Shown one piece after another: positions 45,157 to 54,019 of a stretch of DNA of 64,000 bases (position 1 is the first letter of the stretch; every line of letters starts with the position of its first letter). This DNA is from Escherichia phage Ecwhy_1: the sequence record MH791411.1. The stretch is one strand, 5' to 3'. The notes beneath the pieces were generated by a model. The model saw only the letters and a program-made list of their open reading frames with translations. It ran no database searches and was not told the origin of the DNA. The translations under genes were made by a program, and so were the position numbers.

Positions 45157-46135
45157 TCACCTGCGAATCAAAATTTTAGGAACTGACAGTAGTGGGTCAT
45201 AGACTTTTCTTACTGCCGCATAGTCATAAGGAACTGGAACGATCTTAGGATGAATACAAACAACCAATCGCAACCACATGTAATTACCTTTAAAATTAAA
45301 TGCTTGAATCCCATCTAACGCTTTAGGGAATCCATTTTCATCAATATCATTTTCGATATATTCTTTACCATCCAATTTAACAATAAACCATTTATAGTTT
45401 TCGTTATCAGTTGGTACGTTATTACACAAACATCCTTGTAATTGAATTCTACCAATGAATTTATCAAAGTACATTGCAATAGTACTAAGACCATCAACTA
45501 ATCCGTACTGCATTTGTGCAGGAAGGGGAGATGTTGCCATTATATCAAATTCACCAATAACGCCACGAGCGATTGGTTCATGATACAAGCGTTTGATGGT
45601 AGTCCATGCTGGGTTTTTATTAACAGATACTTCAATACTTGGCACAAACACAGGAGCAGCTTGGTCGGAAATGATCAATTCAGCAGAGGCTTCATAATCA
45701 AGACCAGTGTATAAGTACTGTGTAGGTTCAATCAAGGAACCATCCATTGTTACTTTAGTAATACTCCATCTATATTTTGAACCAGGACTAGTATCCTGAA
45801 TTACACCAGCAGGAACAATACATCCATAATATACTTTTTTACTATTACCTAATGTTTGTCTTGCTTGTCCACTTTCTGATAGCCATGATGGTTTTTGTTT
45901 ATCCAAAACTACATCGAATAATTTAGTATTGTTTCTAGCATCAAAAATCATGAATGTTAGATATTCGTTATCTTTTAGTAATGTATATTTTCCATCAGCG
46001 TTATGCACTGTGAATGATAAATTGTTATTTGCACCTCTGTATATTGTAAGTTTCTCATTGCTATATGGCATATTAAAATTGCCCAATGATACTTCTTGGT
46101 TATAAGGGTACATAAACACGCCGTGATGAGCCATA
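45157..46135 (-). CDS. hypothetical protein (326 aa)
   Basis: ORF track 45157..46368; start moved to MAHHGVFMYP, which has AGGAA upstream; the longer N-terminal extension is low-complexity. Confidence 0.45.
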
Positions 46136-46191
46136 GTTTTTCCTTCCATAAATAATAGGTATAAATTTATACTAATATTTATGGAACTCAT

Positions 46192-46545
46192 ATGAATCAA
46201 TATAATACTATTCCACCATTTATCACGGTAGTTCAGTGTGATGGTAAAACTTTCATTGGTATTATCAAGATAAAAAGTAAACAGTATACTACTCTTTACT
46301 GCTTTGATGATATGGATGAACCAATGCAAGATGAATTGTTGGGTATAGCACATGATTGGTGGTGGCAAAGCAACAGGTCAATTCCAGTCTGTCTATTCTT
46401 CCAAGAAGAGATGGAGAAATTTGAACCTTACACACAGAGATTCGATACCCCTGCGGTGAATTTCGTTTGTGGTCCAGTAGTTTCTTTAAGTGATTTGCCA
46501 CAAAAACGCATCAAGCGTCGTAATGTGGCTCTTAAGAAGAAGTAA
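46192..46545 (+). CDS. hypothetical protein on plus strand (117 aa)
   Basis: plus-strand ORF filling a gap in minus-strand coding; TATAAAT motif at 46158-46164 upstream; ends overlap convergently with 46532..47170. Confidence 0.4.
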   Translation: MNQYNTIPPFITVVQCDGKTFIGIIKIKSKQYTTLYCFDDMDEPMQDELLGIAHDWWWQSNRSIPVCLFFQEEMEKFEPYTQRFDTPAVNFVCGPVVSLSDLPQKRIKRRNVALKKK

Positions 46546-47170
46546 GATGTTCAACTAAAGCGTTAAGTTGAACTACAATCATTAAGCTGTATGCATAAGC
46601 ATGTGGCTTTTTGAAATATCGTAACTTATTTCCTGCTTGGTCTGTGCCAATAGTACTGTAATCCCATATAGTGGATTCAACTTCACTCCATGTATTCATA
46701 CTTTGGCACTGCCTTTTTCCAGGACGAATCATTGCAATAAACATTGCAAGTTCATCAATGGATTTAGGTTTCCACACATTTAATAATGTAACATGTTTTT
46801 TAATCTGTGAAAGATGTTCAACTATTTCTGGTTCTAACAGAAGATCCCAATTAGGTTCCTGATTCATTAGTTCTTTTAAATGTGCTCTATCACGAACATA
46901 CTGGTAAGCCGATTGTGACAGGATATCTACCTTTTGATATCCCAAGCGTTCGGCTTCTTTATATTGTATGCTGGCTAAACCAGTGATAGGGTCAATTGGT
47001 ATATTATCAAAATGAACACCACTGTTATGGGGGATTAAACCATCCTCCGTAATTTTTTCTGTACTTCGCACACAAGGAAGCTGTGCAATCACTGACTTAC
47101 TATCTTTAAAGTCAATGTCGATATCTGTTCGTGCTTTACGGTACGAATTAGAATTTGTCGAATCCTGCAT
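46532..47170 (-). CDS. family-C DNA polymerase (Pol III alpha/DnaE-type) palm, C-terminal fragment starting at the catalytic DIDIDF
   Basis: [11 protein letters not shown] ~ DnaE [29 protein letters not shown] ~ [35 protein letters not shown] ~ DMIALVALFRPGPLQ; thumb region apparently absent. Confidence 0.55.
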   Translation of the reverse strand: [212 protein letters not shown]

Positions 47171-47477
47171 TTTTGATTTGCTCCTGCAATTTGTTTACAG
47201 TGTTAGATAATTTGGTTACCTGATTTTCTAACATTGTACACTTTTGTTTGGTCTTTGACAACTCTTGACTTAGACCAAAGAATCTTTCCTCATGTCTTTC
47301 AACCATACTGATAATTTTTTCTACACGAACAGGATCGTGCACCTGAAAGGTTTTACCATCAAGTGTAATTTCAGTTATAGAACCCTGTCTAAGCAATGAT
47401 AAAGATTTAGATTTATCTGCTTTAGGCACAGGTACATACCCTTCTGGTATTTTATTATATATACTTTTTCCATTCAT
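47148..47477 (-). CDS. hypothetical protein (109 aa)
   Basis: ORF track. Confidence 0.45.
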   Translation of the reverse strand: MNGKSIYNKIPEGYVPVPKADKSKSLSLLRQGSITEITLDGKTFQVHDPVRVEKIISMVERHEERFFGLSQELSKTKQKCTMLENQVTKLSNTVNKLQEQIKNAGFDKF

Positions 47478-48184
47478 AATCCAGCCTCACGTAGCATACT
47501 TTTTATTTCATCACATTCCTTTTTGTACTTTATAGTTTTAACCTCAAAGTAACTAGGATCAATGTATTTAAGTATATACTCGATTTCAGAGTTAGAGAGA
47601 TTCTTGAAAAACTTATTAGTACTTTCTTTTGGTGCTAACCAGATAATCCAAGGTGAAATCTTACCACTCTCAATCCATGCAATTGCACGGGCAGAACTCA
47701 CATTGGAAAAAAACTTATTCCACTCCAAGTTCAGATTCTGACCCCATTCCACCATCGCAACAACACTACGGGAAACCGCAGCATTGGGAGATTCAGAACG
47801 AATACAATCTAATATCCATTCATCCTTTGCTTTATAAGTACTCCATTCCATAATAGGACGGTTTCTTACAATTAGACTTTTCACAAAACCATCAATATCT
47901 AAAATATCACGGTTGTTCAAATAATAAATTGCAAAATCATAAAAATCACTAAAGTACTTTGATTTTATAAAAGCCATTAATGGTTCAACTCCCTTCTTGA
48001 AAGGGAAATGGTTTAACTCCATGAATTGCATATAAATGCGAAAAGCCTCCCTCATGGGGCGGCTATCACGATCTTCGTAGCGGTCACGTTTAACACACTT
48101 ATGTGTGTTAACTGTGTCTTCGCGTTTAAATTCTTTATCACAGAACTTACATTTGTATACGGGACTACTTGATTTCTTTGCCAT
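47474..48184 (-). CDS. hypothetical protein with N-terminal C2H2-like zinc finger
   Basis: YKCKFCDKEFKREDTVNTHKC. Confidence 0.5.
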   Translation of the reverse strand: MAKKSSSPVYKCKFCDKEFKREDTVNTHKCVKRDRYEDRDSRPMREAFRIYMQFMELNHFPFKKGVEPLMAFIKSKYFSDFYDFAIYYLNNRDILDIDGFVKSLIVRNRPIMEWSTYKAKDEWILDCIRSESPNAAVSRSVVAMVEWGQNLNLEWNKFFSNVSSARAIAWIESGKISPWIIWLAPKESTNKFFKNLSNSEIEYILKYIDPSYFEVKTIKYKKECDEIKSMLREAGL

Positions 48185-49010
48185 ATTTCTTACATTCTTC
48201 TTTAAATAATTTCATCATTGATTTCATTTCTTTCTCTTGCAAACCTATGTCTTCAAGGAAAGACTCGAATGTTTTTTTGTTATATTGCAACAAAACAATT
48301 TTATATTCATCTTCGTTCATTTGAGTTGCGATTGAATCTGGCTGTGTACTTTTAATGAGTTCAAATAATTCATTATTAGCACGCTTAAAACTCTTGGAAA
48401 AGTTTAACCAGTTTCGTGGCAATTCCTTACCACCCAACATATCATGAACAGAACATAGTAGTTGATATACAAGTTCAGGGTGTTCTTTCATATCCCAGAA
48501 CCCATCATTAACCATATCATTCAACATAATCAACTGATAACGTACAACGTCACTGTCAACCAATGAGATGATCTGTCCACCAGCAATACTAAATTCAGTC
48601 ATTGCTGCAATCAACTTGTTAGCATCATCATTGCTTTGTACGGCAAACTTGATACGCCAATCATAGTCACTGTGACAGTACTTAGTAACTGATGTTACAT
48701 TAACACCAGTACTATTGAGTTCTTTGACAAGTTCAGTTAGTGCTTCTTTACCACCAGCTTTCCACTTACCAAATACGTTTTCCACTTTACTACTAGGGAA
48801 AGTTACTTGAAGTGAGTCATCAAGTGAACTTACCCAACGAAGTACGGTATAAGGTGTAAATTCCTTACGCTCATCTTCGGTCATGTCATTATAGTATTTG
48901 TAATCTGCACGGTCAATATGTTTTAGAAATTCAGCAATAGAAAATGTATGCTGGGTTGGTTTATCGTTTTCGTCTACTGACTTAGCTTTAATATTACTGA
49001 AATCTAACAC
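48165..49010 (-). CDS. hypothetical protein (281 aa)
   Basis: ORF track. Confidence 0.5.
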   Translation of the reverse strand: MLDFSNIKAKSVDENDKPTQHTFSIAEFLKHIDRADYKYYNDMTEDERKEFTPYTVLRWVSSLDDSLQVTFPSSKVENVFGKWKAGGKEALTELVKELNSTGVNVTSVTKYCHSDYDWRIKFAVQSNDDANKLIAAMTEFSIAGGQIISLVDSDVVRYQLIMLNDMVNDGFWDMKEHPELVYQLLCSVHDMLGGKELPRNWLNFSKSFKRANNELFELIKSTQPDSIATQMNEDEYKIVLLQYNKKTFESFLEDIGLQEKEMKSMMKLFKEECKKYGKEIK

Positions 49011-49012
49011 TA

Positions 49013-49510
49013 TTACACTCCTAGATACAAATCTTGAATTTTCTCGTTCTCATCTGCAAAGTAAACACAAGGTGGATTATCACCACTGTGCAGAGGAACA
49101 CATAGTAAGTTCTTCTTAGGCAGCATAGGGATCTGCCACTTAGTAGTGAGTGCGAATACACGCAGTACTTTTACAGGTTCGAACTTAGGATACATCGAAC
49201 GGATTGGATTGTAAACAAAAGCTTTAGGTTCTTTCATATTAAGAATGTTTTCAATGGTACACATCTCAACCATACCCGTCTCTTCATCACCCAACATGAT
49301 TTGCCAACCCAATGGTACTTGGATAATCTTTTCACCAATCTGCAAATCAGCACTGATACTATTAAATGATACAGTGTTCAAAATGTGGCGAAAATAAAAG
49401 TCAGAGTCACCGTTTGGACTCAAATCTAAAACACAATACATTTCTGATGGAATGTGTTCAGTTACTAAATCCATATCAAATGAATTATTTTCTGGGGTTA
49501 ATACGTTCAT
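49013..49510 (-). CDS. hypothetical protein (165 aa)
   Basis: ORF track. Confidence 0.5.
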   Translation of the reverse strand: MNVLTPENNSFDMDLVTEHIPSEMYCVLDLSPNGDSDFYFRHILNTVSFNSISADLQIGEKIIQVPLGWQIMLGDEETGMVEMCTIENILNMKEPKAFVYNPIRSMYPKFEPVKVLRVFALTTKWQIPMLPKKNLLCVPLHSGDNPPCVYFADENEKIQDLYLGV

Positions 49511-49519
49511 CTCATCTCC

Positions 49520-49948
49520 TTAGTACTGGGAATCTTCATCTTCATCGTAGTAATCTTCTTCATCTTCATCGGATGTACCATAGAATTCAAGACCATACGT
49601 TTCACACATTTCTTGAATCTTATCAACATCGGTATCTAAGTAAGAATCAAAATTACCACTAAGACTAACAACATCAATAAACGTTGTAGTATCAGTACTT
49701 GCATAGATGATATCATATTTTAATGATTCAACTTTCGAGTCAATTCTGGTTTGCAATTCATAGATATTAATCCATGAATTAGTGTCAATATTACATCTCC
49801 AAACATTAGTATCGTCAGTTTCTAGTTCAGGTATATAGTCAAGTGAAGATACCATGTCATCCATAATACCATCATCATTCAACAATACATCAATTACATC
49901 TAACGTTTCTTGGTCACAGATAAAAGCAATACTAGATCTTAATTCCAT
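49520..49948 (-). CDS. hypothetical acidic protein (142 aa)
   Basis: ORF track; AAGGAAG Shine-Dalgarno-like sequence upstream. Confidence 0.45.
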   Translation of the reverse strand: MELRSSIAFICDQETLDVIDVLLNDDGIMDDMVSSLDYIPELETDDTNVWRCNIDTNSWINIYELQTRIDSKVESLKYDIIYASTDTTTFIDVVSLSGNFDSYLDTDVDKIQEMCETYGLEFYGTSDEDEEDYYDEDEDSQY

Positions 49949-49983
49949 TTTTATTTTACTTCCTTGTTGTTGTCATACGACAC

Positions 49984-49992
49984 ATTATATCA
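49984..49992 (-). promoter_or_regulatory. extended -10 element TGATATAAT (minus strand)
   Basis: rc(49984-49992) = TGATATAAT, 36 nt upstream of the ATG at 49948; adjacent hairpin 49995-50015 overlaps the uvsW stop. Confidence 0.4.
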
Positions 49993-50004
49993 TGTACAGC
50001 GGGA

Positions 50005-51489
50005 TTATCCCGCTGTATTTTCCCAATCCTTAACATCTATGATACTATGAGGATATTGTGCTTCCTTATAGTATTGTAAACGTTCACGTAAGTGTTTTGC
50101 ACTATATTTGTTTGTACCACTGATATCAAAGATTTCCACGTGGTCTTTGTCTTCTGCACGACGCAACCCACGACCAATGGACTGTATTGTACGAACGAAG
50201 CTTTTTCCTGGTTCGATTAGAACGACATTATACAAACGAGAAATACTGATACCAGTACTTGCTACCCCATAGGTTGCAATGAGTATTTTGTTATCAGCCC
50301 AGCGAATTTCACCATATGAAGATTCACGGTCTTTCTTTTTGGTTTCCCCACGAACAAATTCTGACTTAGGAATACCCAAAAATTCACAAAGCAATTCACC
50401 AGCTTCAAGTCTATCAACCAGTACTAAAGTGTTTCCAGATTCTGCTAACGCACCTATCAGTGATGCTACATATGCCATTCTATCACGGTCAGTAACTAAG
50501 TACTTCAATTCTTCTGCATATGACGCGAACTTTAAATTACTTTTAAGTTTAATACAGTTCACATTACATGTGCTTAGTATTTTTTTATCTTGTAATTCTT
50601 TAGCTGTGATTTTAAATATCACATCACCAACGTTACATTTAATCTTCGCAGCGACAACTTGGTCTTTAGGGATTGTACCAGTTAATCCCCAGCGAAGTGG
50701 GACGTTATTCATAACTTTAGAGAGTACTTGAACTAATGCATCACCACCAGCACCTTGACACTCATCGACAATCACACAAACCACACCATCAATAAAGTCA
50801 TGAACGTCTTGTTCAGTCAGTTCAATTTCACCTTTCTTTGTTTTCTTCCACAAAGAGTTGAATGACTGCCATGTAGTGATTGTGTGTTGGTGACCAAAGT
50901 CTTTCTGTGCACCATAGAACACTCCAGTGTCAAGACCACACATAACATAGTCATCATATGTTTGCTGCACCAAATCAGTACTAGGTACGATAATCACAGA
51001 ACGTCCATACTCTTGTACCTTCTTGGATAATGCCGCTGTGATGAGCGTTTTACCAGCCCCTGTAGCTGCTAATAATAAACCATGTGGGTTTGCAAGGCAA
51101 GCATTAACTGCGTTCACCTGATGCTCTCTGAGCTTGATTGACTTACCTTCCATGTGGTGTCCAGCACCAAACACAACATCACTAAAAATATCTTCATCAA
51201 TTGGTTCAAAATTGAATCCATAATTGACACGATGATCTTCAAGTTCAATATCAATTTTTGCTTCATCTAAGATTGGCAACAACTTATCCAACATGTGGTA
51301 GTAAGTACTGCCACCTAAGTTCATAAACTGTACCTTACCATCCCAACGACCAATACGACCAGCAGGGGTGAACTTAGCGTATGGAAGTACATATTCTGTT
51401 GCACGAATCATCTTCTGACGAATTGAGGGATCTAGTCCCTCAAATTTACAATTAACCTCGTCCAGTAAGGTTAGCTTACAAGTTTTCAT
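50005..51489 (-). CDS. uvsW: UvsW-like SF2 DNA helicase
   Basis: N-terminal RIGRWDGKVQF (as T4 UvsW RYGNWDGRIRL), Walker A ATGAGKT, DEAD-like VDECQ, motif VI QSIGRGLR. Confidence 0.85.
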   Translation of the reverse strand: MKTCKLTLLDEVNCKFEGLDPSIRQKMIRATEYVLPYAKFTPAGRIGRWDGKVQFMNLGGSTYYHMLDKLLPILDEAKIDIELEDHRVNYGFNFEPIDEDIFSDVVFGAGHHMEGKSIKLREHQVNAVNACLANPHGLLLAATGAGKTLITAALSKKVQEYGRSVIIVPSTDLVQQTYDDYVMCGLDTGVFYGAQKDFGHQHTITTWQSFNSLWKKTKKGEIELTEQDVHDFIDGVVCVIVDECQGAGGDALVQVLSKVMNNVPLRWGLTGTIPKDQVVAAKIKCNVGDVIFKITAKELQDKKILSTCNVNCIKLKSNLKFASYAEELKYLVTDRDRMAYVASLIGALAESGNTLVLVDRLEAGELLCEFLGIPKSEFVRGETKKKDRESSYGEIRWADNKILIATYGVASTGISISRLYNVVLIEPGKSFVRTIQSIGRGLRRAEDKDHVEIFDISGTNKYSAKHLRERLQYYKEAQYPHSIIDVKDWENTAG

Positions 51490-51504
51490 CCATGAATACC
51501 TTTA

Positions 51505-52323
51505 TTAATTAGTTCGAGTATTATATTCGTACTCAAATGTATATACTAAATCTTTATCACAGTTTGGGTTACTTGCATCAAGAATATCACTGTTAGTAAT
51601 CATCCATTCAATATAGTTCAATGGAACAGTTTCCATTGGTTCGCCTTTGTGTTTACCAAATGGCATGAATTTATAACGCATTGGTGTATTACAGAATGTT
51701 ACGATTTGTTCACCAATGTCACCATTAGGGTCAATATGTCCACGTTCAATCGCAACTTCAATCAATTTGATTAGAACTTGATAACACATAAACACGTCAT
51801 CTTTTGCTGCGTGAGCATTGACTGCACGATGTACATCACGATAGCAACCAAATTTATACCACAAATAACTTAGAGTTAAGTTTTTAAATTCAGTGTCTTC
51901 TGCAAACATCTTCTTAGCTAAACGAAGGGTACAAATCCATTTATCTTCATCGAGCAAGTACTGCGAAACTGAGTTACGATATTTATATTCGTTATCTACC
52001 ATCATTCGGCGGTCAAATTGAACGTTGTGTCCAATAAAATAATTACGACACCCCATTAGTGCGTCAATGTTTTCTAAGTCATCTTTATAACCAATACAGT
52101 TTGCTACATCTTCAGTACTGATAAAATGCACAGCACTTGCTTCTGGTGGTATATCTTTTAGTGGTTTATAACGCAAAGTGTAGTTATCAATAGTATCAAT
52201 ATTCTCATGTGCATCGTGAGGATATGAAATACTAAATTCAATAATATCATCTTCACTTTCGACACCAGTTGTTTCGGTGTCTAGTACTGATACGTTTGAT
52301 AGGAACTCATCTAATTTTGTCAT
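51505..52323 (-). CDS. DnaQ-like (DEDDh) 3'-5' exonuclease, ExoX-like with C-terminal KHKG-containing extension
   Basis: LDTETTG, GHNVQFD, HRAVNAHAAKDD, C-terminal FMPFGKHKGEPMETVPLNYIEWM. Confidence 0.65.
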   Translation of the reverse strand: MTKLDEFLSNVSVLDTETTGVESEDDIIEFSISYPHDAHENIDTIDNYTLRYKPLKDIPPEASAVHFISTEDVANCIGYKDDLENIDALMGCRNYFIGHNVQFDRRMMVDNEYKYRNSVSQYLLDEDKWICTLRLAKKMFAEDTEFKNLTLSYLWYKFGCYRDVHRAVNAHAAKDDVFMCYQVLIKLIEVAIERGHIDPNGDIGEQIVTFCNTPMRYKFMPFGKHKGEPMETVPLNYIEWMITNSDILDASNPNCDKDLVYTFEYEYNTRTN

Positions 52324-52332
52324 TTTATTCTC

Positions 52333-52361
52333 GCATAGAAAAAGGACGCGTAATGCGTCCT
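52333..52361 (-). terminator. intrinsic terminator (AGGACGC-GUAAU-GCGUCCU + UUUUUCUAUG)
   Basis: hairpin 52343-52361 after the stop of 52371..52832. Confidence 0.55.
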
Positions 52362-52370
52362 TATGGATAG

Positions 52371-52832
52371 TTATTCTAAACGTGCATCTTCAATACCAGC
52401 AGCACGTAGTCTCACAATATTGTTTAACTGAAAAGCTTTCATCTCTAAGGATTTAACAATACTGGAAAACGTATTACGGATATATGATACTTCATTTATT
52501 AGTTCGGATAATTCACAAACTTCTTTATCACCTTCAACATACTTTTTACAGTCAGAAGATGAGAGTGCTCGACGATATGCTTCAAGGAAATATTTAAACT
52601 TTTCAGCTTGTAGTTGACGCATTTCAATTTCTAGCATTTCAAGTACCGCTTCTAGTTCTTGAAGCTGACTGAGACGAGTCTCATGCCAGCCTGGAATCTC
52701 CTGAGCAATCTTTTCAATGATGCCAATCTTTTTAACTTCACGACGAGCTTCTTCAGTTTCTTTTTCGAAGTGTTCAATCATGTCGATTATTTTAGATTTA
52801 TCATCTTTGATGATCCAATGCCAAGGTTTCAT
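52371..52832 (-). CDS. uvsY: UvsY-like recombination mediator (tentative)
   Basis: sits between uvsX and the exonuclease/uvsW genes; C-terminal SSIVKSLEMKAFQLNNIVRLRAAG versus T4 UvsY ALDAIKSRGFAIKHIQDMRAFEAG (from memory). Confidence 0.4.
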   Translation of the reverse strand: MKPWHWIIKDDKSKIIDMIEHFEKETEEARREVKKIGIIEKIAQEIPGWHETRLSQLQELEAVLEMLEIEMRQLQAEKFKYFLEAYRRALSSSDCKKYVEGDKEVCELSELINEVSYIRNTFSSIVKSLEMKAFQLNNIVRLRAAGIEDARLE

Positions 52833-53950
52833 TATTCCTCACTACTTCCAATATCAGTACCAAATGATTCATCACCTTTTTCTTCTTCTTTGACTTCTTC
52901 AATCAAAGGGTGACGTTTGAATTGATTCATAACTAAATCAAGACAAGAATCTTCATTACGCATCCATTCTTTACGATATTTTAGAATCTGTTCACCAGTG
53001 TCAATATCAACGTACATTAGACGGTTACCAGATTTAACGATAAGTTCATATTTCTCGAACATATCTAGTAGACCACTGCGTGGGTCCATACCTTTATCCC
53101 AAGGAATTTTAATCTCAACATCTTCAAATGGTTTGTTGTAACGAGTCTTCATGACTTTACATTTAGAACGAATACCACTTACATCTGAAGTCTTGTTGCC
53201 TTCTTCATCTTCTTTAAGTTTTAGTTTACCCATTGCGATAACCATAGAAGATGCATAAATCAAACCACTACCACCAGATACTTTTGGATCAGGGTTGAAC
53301 ATATCTTGGGATTCATAACTATGGTTTACACAAACCATACCAATGTTAAGTGAACCAATCGAGTTTACGCAGTTGGTGATGTAAGCTTTAAGCTGTTTAG
53401 GTTTGTGACCCATATCACCTTTCAAGTTACCAGCTTTCATCTGGTCATTAGCAACTTCAGTATTCAACATACCAATTGAGTCGATAATGAATAATACTTT
53501 TTGACGTTCTTCTTTAGGAGTATTTTCGTATTCTTTACGATACCCTTCGATGAACTCATAGGTAAATTTAGCAACATCACCAATCATACCCATGTTTACT
53601 TTTAGTAGTTTTTCTTCTGAAGTGTCTACACCTAGTGCTTGTAGCCAATCTGAATCCAATGCGTTCTCGGAATCAATCATAACAACAAAGATACCTTGTT
53701 GTTGTGCTTCACGGGCGATGTTTCCAGAAACGATAAATGATTTACCAGAACCAGATTCACCAGCAAACATTGTTACTTTACCTAGTGGAATACCACGGTC
53801 AAAATAACCACTAATACGATAGTTCAAAGCAAAGTTACCAGTACTAATCCATGTATCAGGATCATGAAAGCCTACGCTAACACCAGTATTCTTTTTAACG
53901 CTACCAGTACTATTTTTTAGAATGTTTGCAAAACCACTTGTCATTTTCAT
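52832..53950 (-). CDS. uvsX: UvsX recombinase (RecA family)
   Basis: Walker A GESGSGKS, Walker B FIIDSIG, C-terminal DPRSGLLDMFEKYELIVKSG as in T4 UvsX DPYSGLLDMALELGFVVK. Confidence 0.85.
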   Translation of the reverse strand: MKMTSGFANILKNSTGSVKKNTGVSVGFHDPDTWISTGNFALNYRISGYFDRGIPLGKVTMFAGESGSGKSFIVSGNIAREAQQQGIFVVMIDSENALDSDWLQALGVDTSEEKLLKVNMGMIGDVAKFTYEFIEGYRKEYENTPKEERQKVLFIIDSIGMLNTEVANDQMKAGNLKGDMGHKPKQLKAYITNCVNSIGSLNIGMVCVNHSYESQDMFNPDPKVSGGSGLIYASSMVIAMGKLKLKEDEEGNKTSDVSGIRSKCKVMKTRYNKPFEDVEIKIPWDKGMDPRSGLLDMFEKYELIVKSGNRLMYVDIDTGEQILKYRKEWMRNEDSCLDLVMNQFKRHPLIEEVKEEEKGDESFGTDIGSSEE

Positions 53951-53969
53951 AATTCGCTCCTTGAATTTT

Positions 53970-54001
53970 ATGAAATAAAACGGGGCAAACTCCGTTGCCC
54001 C
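53970..54001 (-). terminator. intrinsic terminator (GGGGCAA-CGGAGU-UUGCCCC + UUUUAUUU)
   Basis: hairpin 53982-54001 after the gp32 stop. Confidence 0.55.
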
Positions 54002-54019
54002 TTAACTTTTCAAATACTA

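Noticed and set aside
46548-46580. Hairpin GTTCAACT...AGTTGAAC after the plus-strand ORF as a terminator
   Set aside because: It lies inside the coding region of 46532..47170 and has no T-run after it.
49013-49510. Possible intein/Hint-like fragment that might have accounted for the split polymerase
   Set aside because: No canonical intein blocks (N-terminal Cys block A, TxxH block B, terminal HN) in a consistent order; the resemblance was limited to short Cys-containing strings.
49995-50015. Hairpin ACAGCGGGAT-TATC-CCGCTGT overlapping the uvsW stop as a minus-strand terminator
   Set aside because: On the minus-strand transcript the hairpin is not followed by a U-run; it is more likely part of the adjacent promoter region or a plus-strand element, so it was not annotated as a terminator.
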